A stretch of 19,317 nt of DNA from an uncultured bacterium (GCA_964534375.1 CAZHPN010000122.1:1-19317); one strand, 5' to 3'. Positions 1 to 7,552 are shown, counted from the first letter of the stretch. Notes: generated by a model not told the origin, from the letters alone. A program made the numbers and translations.

Positions 1-1
1 T

Positions 2-478
2 TGGCACCGGTTCTACGACCCGGTCGCGGGGAGGTATTTGCAGGCGGATCCGATTTCGATTCACAGCCGTTTTCCGAACATCTCTCACCTGATTCCTGCA
101 TACGTGTACGGCACAAACCGTCCATTGAACGCTTTTGATTTCACAGGTTACGATCCGCTCGAGACTGCGAGAGACTTAAAAGAAAAATCAGACCAAGTCG
201 GCGGCTTACTTAATAACGGCGATGCCTGCACCGCGTGTCACGACAAATGCAAGGGCGACCAGGACGCATGCGACGCGAGTTGTGCTAAGAACGAAGACGC
301 TTGCTGGAAAGAAAGCCCCGACAAAGGTCCCCTTCATTGCTATTATGATGCCCTGAAATGCAACGACGCGTGCAACTACTTGGGGCATCCCTGCAACGTG
401 TTTATCAAGTCGATTCTTAATTTCTACATGGATTTCCTTCCGCACCACATGGGCGATGTTCTAAAGCCGGGCGACTAG
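2..478 (+). CDS. RHS repeat-associated core C-terminus with Cys-rich variable tip (5' truncated by window edge)
   Basis: Frame 2 is open from base 2: WHRFYDPVAGRYLQADP...AYVYGTNRPLNAFDFTG, matching the end of the RHS core (YDPxxGRYxxxDP...PxxxxDxxG). A ~110-aa tip with 10 Cys follows. Confidence 0.88.
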   Translation, partial: WHRFYDPVAGRYLQADPISIHSRFPNISHLIPAYVYGTNRPLNAFDFTGYDPLETARDLKEKSDQVGGLLNNGDACTACHDKCKGDQDACDASCAKNEDACWKESPDKGPLHCYYDALKCNDACNYLGHPCNVFIKSILNFYMDFLPHHMGDVLKPGD

Positions 479-508
479 AACTGAAACGGCGGCGTTCACG
501 GGGATTGA

Positions 509-1960
509 ATGAGAGTCCGAAGCACAATTAGAATCATTGTCGTCTTGCTGGGGCTTGTCGCGTTGCTGGCGTTGCCGCACGCCTTCTTGGCTCTCGTTTT
601 TTACAGTTTCCATCCGGGCGGCAATCTCGACATGCCGATTTGGACCGGGGGTCTCTTCCGGCTTCACGAGCTTCATGGAATCTCTTGGGAGTTTTTCGCA
701 TGCGTCATAATATTATTGCGACTGGCCGTCCGCGGAAAAAAAGATCCGTGGATTCTGCGGATGCTTCTTATTTGCTATTGTTCCTTGTTTGGATTGGGCG
801 CGATTCTTGAATTCCGAGGTTTCGACATCGGCCGAGTCCTTTTCCAGATCCTTCTACTGCTGGAATTGATCAGCTTTCTATTAACATGCGCCGGCGGGTA
901 CCTCTTTCTAAAGAAAGCCTTTGCTGCGGAAAAACAGACTCCGGCGGATATCACGCCGGTCGACGGCGCACGGGGCTCCGGGGCGACGTGGTCGTATGTA
1001 AGGGCTTTGGGATTTGTACTTCTCGTTGTCCCCGCCGTTTCGACAGGCATGTATACGGCCGCTCGCTTCGCGATAGCCGAACTTTATGACCGGTCTCGCG
1101 GAGCAGTTGACATGCCGGAGATGGTGAGAGTTCCGAGCGGAAGTTTCATGATGGGTTGTTCGCCGGGCGACGCGAATTGTTACGAGATGGGCCGCGACTC
1201 CGGCGGCCCCCACTGCAACACCGCCTCATGCGTAAATGCCCTCCGTTCAATGAAGCGAAGGGGCCAGGTGATTCATAGGATCGGCTGGTGGATGGAATTC
1301 ACTCCTGAAGAACCCGCCCATTGGGTGACAGTGAATGGATTTTGGATGGATACGATTCCGGTCACGCAGGCGCAATACAAAAAAGTAATGGGGAAAAACC
1401 CGAGCCAGTTTAAGGGTCGGGGTCGCCCGGTTGACGAAGTCGACTGGGAGGACGCCCGCGACTACTGCCAAAAGGTGGGAAAACGCTTGCCCACGGAAGC
1501 GGAGTGGGAATATGCGGCGCGCGGCGGCACAACCGGAGCCCGTTACGGCGAATTGAGTGCCATTGCGTGGTATGGAAAGACGGTCGATCGAACGGGCACG
1601 CATCCGGTTGCGCAGAAACAGCCGAATGCCTTTGGCCTTTACGACATGCTCGGAAATGTAAGGGAATGGTGCGCGGATTGGTACGCCCCGCGGTATTACG
1701 AGGAATCGCCCTCGGATAATCCTCAAGGACCGCCGCCGGCCCTTGCGCCAGGCGACAAGAATTTCGGCGACGGCCACGTGGTGCGCGGCGCCGCGTTTGA
1801 CGACGTGCCCGAGGATGTCCGGGTTTCGCGGCGAGCACAAAAGGGTGCATCGTTCATCGGTTTCCGTTGCGTGCGTGACATTTCCGACGCCAAGTCGGAG
1901 CCACCGGCAGCCGCGACGCCGACGCCCTCGCCCGAGCCGACTCCGGCCGGGCCAGAATAA
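509..1960 (+). CDS. Multi-pass membrane protein with C-terminal FGE-sulfatase (SUMF1/CLec-fold) domain
   Basis: About 5 hydrophobic segments in aa 1-190. FGE motifs MVRVPSGSFMMG, VTQAQY, RLPTEAEWEYAARGG, PNAFGLYDMLGNVREWCADWY, IGFRCVR. Pro/Thr-rich tail. Confidence 0.92.
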   Translation: MRVRSTIRIIVVLLGLVALLALPHAFLALVFYSFHPGGNLDMPIWTGGLFRLHELHGISWEFFACVIILLRLAVRGKKDPWILRMLLICYCSLFGLGAILEFRGFDIGRVLFQILLLLELISFLLTCAGGYLFLKKAFAAEKQTPADITPVDGARGSGATWSYVRALGFVLLVVPAVSTGMYTAARFAIAELYDRSRGAVDMPEMVRVPSGSFMMGCSPGDANCYEMGRDSGGPHCNTASCVNALRSMKRRGQVIHRIGWWMEFTPEEPAHWVTVNGFWMDTIPVTQAQYKKVMGKNPSQFKGRGRPVDEVDWEDARDYCQKVGKRLPTEAEWEYAARGGTTGARYGELSAIAWYGKTVDRTGTHPVAQKQPNAFGLYDMLGNVREWCADWYAPRYYEESPSDNPQGPPPALAPGDKNFGDGHVVRGAAFDDVPEDVRVSRRAQKGASFIGFRCVRDISDAKSEPPAAATPTPSPEPTPAGPE

Positions 1961-2099
1961 GGTGGGCGCCAGCCGCAAGCCGTGCTTCGCCGGCGACCGG
2001 AACTTTAAAGACAGAGGCCACAGAGAGGGAGAACAGAGAGCACAGAGGGCGCAACGGCGCGCATCCGTGGCGCGCGATCACGCGCCAAGAATGCGCGTC
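1921..2099 (+). repeat. Direct repeat copy 1 (~180 bp; copy 2 at ~5278-5456)
   Basis: 1962-2025 is identical to 5319-5382 (64 bp) and the flanks are clearly similar. It includes the PEPTPA-coding tail and stop codon. Confidence 0.9.
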
Positions 2100-2153
2100 A
2101 ACTCTGTGCCCCCTGTGTCTGTGGCTTTCTCTGTGCCCTCTGTGTTTAGAATT
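2001..2153. repeat. MITE-like long inverted repeat with CACAGAG-type arms and an inner GC hairpin
   Basis: Left arm aactttaaagacagaggccacagaga versus reverse complement of the right arm aattctaaacacagagggcacagaga. Inner stem gcgcat..tggcgcg/cgcgcca..atgcgc. Confidence 0.75.
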
Positions 2154-2157
2154 CACC

Positions 2158-2913
2158 TTGCCGATGTCCGGTTGCTTGATCCTGCCGCGCTGGCGGCGGT
2201 ATGATGCGCGCGGCAAAATCCGGCTGACGGTGGTGGCGGGCATCACGGTCGTAACGACCGTTGGCTTGGGGGCCTTCGCCGGCCGTTCGTGGGGAGGGGT
2301 ACTCGTGCAGCCGACGTACACGCCGTATTGGGTACACACCGACAACCTCGGCTCGCCCATCGCGATGACGAACGCGAGCGGCAGCGTCGTTTGGCAAACC
2401 TGGTACGCGCCCTTCGGCGAGACCGCCGACCTCAATGACGATCCCGGCAATACCGGCACGCATGTGACGATGAACATTCGGCGGCCGGGGCAGTACTTTG
2501 ACCAGGAGACCGGGTTGTATTACAATTGGCGCCGGTTCTACGACCCGGTTGCGGGGAGGTATTTGCAGGCGGATCCGCTTTCCAACGATGATGGATCGCT
2601 GCGCGCGTTCCGCGTGGTTCGCCCCTACCAATATGTCGGAAATCAACCGCTGAATAAAGTTGATTTGACGGGCAGGGGACACTGTCTCGACGCTTGTTTT
2701 CACCGCTGCGACGGCGCGTGGTTCACCTCTATGGAGGGGTGTTGCAAGGACCCCGGTTCCGGTCAATGCCACTTGGAACGCGATCGTTGGATATGCGAAG
2801 CGTATTGCGACACTCACCGGGGTGTCTGCGATACCATGTGCGGCGTCATGTGCACCCTCGTAGAGATATTGGGGGATATGGCCGATCCTCTTCACTCCAC
2901 CGGGGGCGAATGA
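2158..2913 (+). CDS. Orphan RHS core fragment with Cys-rich variable tip (start uncertain)
   Basis: YWVHTDNLGSPIAMTNASGSVVW..YAPFGE..RRPGQYFDQETGLYYNWRRFYDPVAGRYLQADP..YQYVGNQPLNKVDLTG, then a ~80-aa tip with 11 Cys. 2526-2577 matches 1-52 at 50/52 nt. Confidence 0.9.
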   Translation: MPMSGCLILPRWRRYDARGKIRLTVVAGITVVTTVGLGAFAGRSWGGVLVQPTYTPYWVHTDNLGSPIAMTNASGSVVWQTWYAPFGETADLNDDPGNTGTHVTMNIRRPGQYFDQETGLYYNWRRFYDPVAGRYLQADPLSNDDGSLRAFRVVRPYQYVGNQPLNKVDLTGRGHCLDACFHRCDGAWFTSMEGCCKDPGSGQCHLERDRWICEAYCDTHRGVCDTMCGVMCTLVEILGDMADPLHSTGGE

Positions 2914-2969
2914 GAAAGGCTCAAGGGCTCATTGATGGACTTTCGAAGGTCTTCGGTCGGGGGGACGTG

Positions 2970-5129
2970 ATGCTGATTCGATTTACGCTGCGGTCCGTTG
3001 GCGTCGTGGCGGCGCTCATCGCGTTGGCCGTTTTTCCGCACTCAAGATTGGCAATGGACTGCTGGCATTTTTATTCTGGTAATGATTTCATTGAACAGTT
3101 GCTCGGATACAGCGGGTTTTGGGGAGACGCGTTGTGGTGCGCGCTGATCCTATTGCGGCTGGCGGTGCGCGGAACGAAGGATCCGTGGAGCGTGCGGGGG
3201 CCCTTCTTGTCGTACGCCCTATTGTTCGGCATATGTGCGACTTTCAATCTTTGGAACATTTTTATCGATCGGACGGCGTTTTTGGCGCTTGTGTCGTTGG
3301 TGGCGATCAGTTTTCTCCTTACTTGCGCCGCCGGGTTTAGTTATTTGGCGAAATCATCCGCCGCCGAAAGACAACGCCAAACCGGCATTGCGATCGGCGA
3401 CAAAGCCGCGGTCTCGCCAGCCGGCCTGTCGCATTTGAGAGCGCTGGGGTTTCTTCTCGTCGCACTTCCGATCGTTTCATTCGGCCTGGAGGCTGCCGTC
3501 GCCGCGGCGATCACTAAATTGGATGATCGATTACCGGAGGCGATGACCCGACCGGAAATGGTAAAAATTTCCGGCGGCGGTTTTATGATGGGGTGTTCGC
3601 CCGGGGACATCGATTGCGGCGAACTTGGAAGCGATCTGCGCAGCCCTCGCTTTTCGGATTCTGTCTCCCGCCATTTGGTTCGGGAGGCCGAAGAAACGAG
3701 ACATCCAAACGGGTGGTGGTTGATTCTTGGCGCCGAGGAACCCGCCCATTACGTGACGGTGAACAGTTTTTGGATGGACACAGCGCCAGTCACACAGGAG
3801 CAATTTGAGCGGGTGATCGGCAGGAATCCAAGCAGGTTCAAGGGCCGGAGTCGTCCCGTCGAGAGCGTGGATTGGCCGGATGCGCGAAACTACTGCGAGA
3901 TGGTAGGAAAACGGCTGCCAACAGAGGCCGAATGGGAGTACGCCGCGCGGGGCGGCACAGCGGGCCCTCGCTATGGAAAAATCGACGACATCGCTTGGTA
4001 CGGGCCGACGATGGGGCGCTGGGGAACTCACCCGGTGGCGAAAAAACAGCCGAATGCCTATGGCCTTTACGATATGCTGGGAAACGTCAAGGAATGGTGC
4101 GCCGATTGGTGGGACGACAAATATTACCAACGCTCCCCCTCTGACAACCCGCAAGGCCCGGAACGACCAAGTTTTATTCGGAAACATATGTATCGCGGCG
4201 CTGCGTGCAACGAACCGCGTGAACGCGTCCGTGCGTCGCGGCGCAATTTCTTCAACGACCAACTTATCGGTTTTCGTTGCGCCCGCGACGATTCGAACGG
4301 CGCTGTGATGGTCGGCCGTAAGGCGGCGCCTGGTAAGGGAGAAGAAAGTGCGCCGGTCGCGATCAAGATCGTGGAAATTCCGGCGGGCAATTTTCAAATG
4401 GGCTCTCCGCTGGAGGAGCCGGAACGGCGGCAAGGAGAGATCCAACATGCAGTTACGATCAGCAGACGCTTTTTTATTAGCGCGACAGAAATCACGCAGG
4501 GACAATGGACGAGCGTGATGGGCATTAATCCGAGCGAATATCGCGAGTGCGGGGAGAACTGCCCGGTGGACCGGGTGTCCTGGAATGACGCGGTTGAATT
4601 TTGCAACCGGCTATCCGACCGCGAAGGCTTGTCGCGTTGTTACAGCGGAACGGCCAAATCGATCGTTTGGGATCGATCATGCGCCGGTTACCGCCTGCCC
4701 ACGGAGGCGGAGTGGGAATACGCGGCGCGGGCCGGGACTACGACCCATTTCAACACGGGCGATTGCCTTCCCGAGGACCAAGCGAATTATCTTGCTTCTT
4801 TTCCGGCGGCGCACTGCCCGAAGGGCAACCGCGAGCGTCCCGACGGTCCCGTGCCGGTGGCCAGTTATCCACCAAATGCTTGGGGGCTGTTCGACATGCA
4901 CGGCAATGTCGAGGAATGGGTTTGGGATTGGTGGGGCAAATACCCTTCAGGAGCGACGACGGATCCTACAGGCCCGCCGAATGGTCGGCTCGGCGGGGGG
5001 CTCAAGGGGATTCGAGGCGGCAGCGATGAAACTGGCGCCGACCATTGCCGTTCGGCAAATCGTTACGGCAACGCTCCCGAAACCCGACGTTCGGATCTTG
5101 GTTTCCGTATAGTAAAATCAGTTCCGTAG
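2970..5129 (+). CDS. Multi-pass membrane protein with two tandem FGE-sulfatase (CLec-fold) domains; paralog of 509-1960
   Basis: N-terminus MLIRFTLRSVGVVAALIALAVFPH aligns with MRVRSTIRIIVVLLGLVALLALPH, and LLRLAVRGxKDPW is shared. Two sets of RLPTEAEWEYAAR / GLxDMxGNVxEW / GFR. An alternative ATG at 2910 overlaps the RHS stop (ATGA). Confidence 0.92.
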   Translation: MLIRFTLRSVGVVAALIALAVFPHSRLAMDCWHFYSGNDFIEQLLGYSGFWGDALWCALILLRLAVRGTKDPWSVRGPFLSYALLFGICATFNLWNIFIDRTAFLALVSLVAISFLLTCAAGFSYLAKSSAAERQRQTGIAIGDKAAVSPAGLSHLRALGFLLVALPIVSFGLEAAVAAAITKLDDRLPEAMTRPEMVKISGGGFMMGCSPGDIDCGELGSDLRSPRFSDSVSRHLVREAEETRHPNGWWLILGAEEPAHYVTVNSFWMDTAPVTQEQFERVIGRNPSRFKGRSRPVESVDWPDARNYCEMVGKRLPTEAEWEYAARGGTAGPRYGKIDDIAWYGPTMGRWGTHPVAKKQPNAYGLYDMLGNVKEWCADWWDDKYYQRSPSDNPQGPERPSFIRKHMYRGAACNEPRERVRASRRNFFNDQLIGFRCARDDSNGAVMVGRKAAPGKGEESAPVAIKIVEIPAGNFQMGSPLEEPERRQGEIQHAVTISRRFFISATEITQGQWTSVMGINPSEYRECGENCPVDRVSWNDAVEFCNRLSDREGLSRCYSGTAKSIVWDRSCAGYRLPTEAEWEYAARAGTTTHFNTGDCLPEDQANYLASFPAAHCPKGNRERPDGPVPVASYPPNAWGLFDMHGNVEEWVWDWWGKYPSGATTDPTGPPNGRLGGGLKGIRGGSDETGADHCRSANRYGNAPETRRSDLGFRIVKSVP

Positions 5130-5277
5130 AACGCATGCGGCCTAGAATCGCTCCAAATCCATCGCGGCGAGCTTGACCGGGCCGTCTTTGCAGGGCGAGA
5201 CAATTGGGCGTCGTTATTTTTTCGCCCGCGGCGAAAAACGAGACGGTTTTTGTGGCAGGCCGTAGCGCTGCGGCGCC

Positions 5278-5456
5278 GGCGCCCACGCCCGAGCCGACTC
5301 CGGCCGAGACGAAATAAAGTGGGCGCCAGCCGCAAGCCGTGCTTCGCCGGCGACCGGAACTTTAAAGACAGAGGCCACAGAGGGGAAGCACGGAGAGCAC
5401 AGGGGGCGCAGCGGCCCGCATTCGGGGCGCGCGATCGCGCGCCCCGAATGCGCGTC
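5278..5456 (+). repeat. Direct repeat copy 2, with a perfect 36-bp palindrome (5417-5452); right CACAGAG arm missing
   Basis: Aligns with 1921-2099. cgcattcggggcgcgcga|tcgcgcgccccgaatgcg is self-complementary. Confidence 0.9.
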
Positions 5457-5480
5457 GCCGGATAATCTTCTGTGAGCGTC

Positions 5481-5748
5481 CCCCCCACGCCTTCGCGGGG
5501 GCAGGCTCTTCCGGGCGCCATCTGACGAATCGCGCCAGGAAAGGCGCTCCTACAGATGGGGGTGCAACAAGCGGCGCCCCGGCGCCGGAGCGAGCGCGGC
5601 GGCGCCGCGCTCGTGACATTTCTTTCGACGCCCGTTCGCATCGAAACAGGGTCGGTGAAACGGGCGCCGTTTGCCGCGCCCGATATCAAAAATGGCGCGT
5701 CGTCGCGTTTTTGCGCGAGCACCCTCCGCTTTCGCGGAGGTAGGCTCT
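5481..5748. repeat. Cluster of REP-like hairpins
   Basis: 5481-5508 ccccccacgc-cttc-gcgggggcaggctc and 5721-5747 accctccgc-tttc-gcggaggtaggctc are related. 5528-5554 reads tGTAGgagcgcctttcctggcgcgatt on the minus strand, a GTAG-REP-like form. Confidence 0.6.
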
Positions 5749-5809
5749 CCCCCCCCTCACACTTCCCATGATTGTCATGATAAATCCGCTGGGAATCATG
5801 GTTTCCTGC

Positions 5810-6568
5810 CTACTGCACGAAATACACCACCGCGACCGCCGCGCCCACCGCCACGACGATCCACCGCAGCGTCTGCGGCGGAACCCGGCCCGCCAGCAGC
5901 CCGCCGAGCGCGCCGCCGGCCAGGGCGCCGATCGCCATCACCAGCGCCGCCGACCATGCCACCTTGCCGGAGAAGAGAAAGAAGATCGCCGCCGAGATGT
6001 TGACGCAAAAGGCGAGCGCCTGCTTGAGGGCGTTGAGCCGCGTGAGCGAATCGTGCGCCGCCAGCGCCAGCACGGCGAGCACAATGACGCTCAACCCCGC
6101 GCCGAAATAGCCGCCGTAGATCGCGGCGAAAAAAATGGGGATGACGGTCCATGACTCGCGCGCGGTCCGAACGTCGCCGCCCTCGCCGCGTGTGCGCCAT
6201 TTGCGCACCGGATTTTCGAGCGCCAGCAGTCCGGCGGCAAAGAGAATCAGCCAGGGAACCAGCGTGCGGAACGTCTGCTCCGCGGTATGCAGCAGCAGGA
6301 CCCCGCCGGCGACGCCGCCGAGCGTCGCGGCCGGAGCGAGCCGGCGCAGCCGCGGCCCGGCGCCGCGCAGATCTTGGCGCTGGGCGAACATCGCCCCGAG
6401 GTAGCCGGGGCACAGCGCGACCGTATTGGTGACATTGGCGACGACGGCGGGCACGCCCACCGCCACCAGCATGGGAAAGGTGATCAGCGTGCCGCCGCCG
6501 GCGAGGGCGTTGACCGCGCCGCCGACCACCGCGGCGCCGCCGGCGAGAATCAGCTCCAGGCCCGTCAT
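5810..6568 (-). CDS. Sulfite exporter TauE/SafE (TSUP) family membrane protein
   Basis: [50 protein letters not shown] motifs; 252 aa, hydrophobic. Confidence 0.93.
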   Translation of the reverse strand: MTGLELILAGGAAVVGGAVNALAGGGTLITFPMLVAVGVPAVVANVTNTVALCPGYLGAMFAQRQDLRGAGPRLRRLAPAATLGGVAGGVLLLHTAEQTFRTLVPWLILFAAGLLALENPVRKWRTRGEGGDVRTARESWTVIPIFFAAIYGGYFGAGLSVIVLAVLALAAHDSLTRLNALKQALAFCVNISAAIFFLFSGKVAWSAALVMAIGALAGGALGGLLAGRVPPQTLRWIVVAVGAAVAVVYFVQ

Positions 6569-6592
6569 GTCCGCGACGGACCCAACTGCGGC

Positions 6593-7552
6593 CTACGACC
6601 GGACGCAGCGCGCGCCGGGGGTGGCGTCGCCGACGTTGCCGTCGTCGACCATGCCGTAGTCGAAATTGATGTACCACGCGCCGCTGTTGCCGCCCGAAAC
6701 CAGGGAAGACGACCAATACCACTCGATGACGCCGGTGAGGTCCGGCGGCCAATACGCGCCGCTGGACCCGGGGCCGCCCGCGAGGGAGCAGCCCTCGCAC
6801 GAGGCATTCCAGCAACCCTGGTAATTCAAGCAGCCGTCGGTCACGCCGCAGGAGCCGCCGGTGTCGGTCGCGGCGCAGCCGCGCAGCAGGCTGCGCAACT
6901 CGTCGATGCTGGGCAAACGCCAACCGCTGTAGCCGCCCCAGCTCAGGCCCGAGCAATAGCTCGCGGCGTCGGACTGCTGATAGCCCGTGACGCCGACCGT
7001 CGCGCCGCTCTGCCACATCAGGCCCGTCGCCGGATCCGTGCAGACCGTGCCGTCGCCGCTGCAATTCAGCGGCGGGGCCGAGTCGTCGTTGTCGTCATCG
7101 TCGTTGTCGTCGTCGTCGTCGGACACGCACACGTTGCTGACGCACATTTGCGACTGCGTCAGGCAATCGACGCAGGCCGCACCGCCCGTGCCGCAAGCGT
7201 AATTCACGTTTCCGGCCATGCAGTTGTTGTCCAGGCAGCAGCCGGTGGAACACGTGGTCGGCCCGCAGGCGACGTCGTCATTGTCGTCATCGTCGACGTT
7301 CGGCGACGAGTCGTCGTCGGGCCACGAGTCGTCGTCCGTCGGAAACGTGTCGTCGTCGGGCGACGTGTCGTCGTCGGGCGACGCATCGTCATCCGGCGAC
7401 GCGTCGTCGTTGTCGTCGTCGTCGTCGGCGGCGGGCGACCCATCGTCGTCGCTCGGTTCGCTGCTGCTGCTGGTCGAATGGCCGCACGCGGCCGCGCAGG
7501 CAAACAGCGCCGCGATCGCGAGGAACATCAAAAACAAATAACTGCGTTTCAA
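6593..7552 (-). CDS. DUF1566 (Lcl_C, CLec-like) lipoprotein with Asp-rich linkers and an extra Cys-rich module
   Basis: TTG start with GGAGGG SD and lipobox-like AAAC. Motifs GDGTVCTDPATGLMWQ, YCSGLSWGGYSGWRLPSIDELRSL, YWSSS, AWYINFDYG, ARCVR. Confidence 0.9.
   Translation of the reverse strand: MKRSYLFLMFLAIAALFACAAACGHSTSSSSEPSDDDGSPAADDDDDNDDASPDDDASPDDDTSPDDDTFPTDDDSWPDDDSSPNVDDDDNDDVACGPTTCSTGCCLDNNCMAGNVNYACGTGGAACVDCLTQSQMCVSNVCVSDDDDDNDDDDNDDSAPPLNCSGDGTVCTDPATGLMWQSGATVGVTGYQQSDAASYCSGLSWGGYSGWRLPSIDELRSLLRGCAATDTGGSCGVTDGCLNYQGCWNASCEGCSLAGGPGSSGAYWPPDLTGVIEWYWSSSLVSGGNSGAWYINFDYGMVDDGNVGDATPGARCVRS

Noticed and set aside
225..243. CTACH resembles a CxxCH heme-c motif in RHS tip 1
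   Set aside because: Single occurrence in a Cys-dense segment and absent from tip 2; likely chance.
1921..2153. Cassette-end hairpins as integron attC sites
   Set aside because: No convincing RYYYAAC...GTTRRRY boxes, and no integrase in the window.
2694..2909. N-terminal extension of the 811-aa ORF
   Set aside because: It overlaps the RHS tip in another frame; paralog alignment starts at 2970.
509..5129. FGE-domain proteins as true formylglycine-generating enzymes or as DGR targets
   Set aside because: The catalytic Cys pair after RGG is absent. The C-terminal codons include many NNA/NNG, and no template repeat or RT is seen.
6569..6581. gtccg-cga-cggac hairpin just downstream of the VR-like end as a DGR target hairpin
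   Set aside because: Only a 5-bp stem in GC-rich DNA, and no equivalent after the 16849-17469 paralog.
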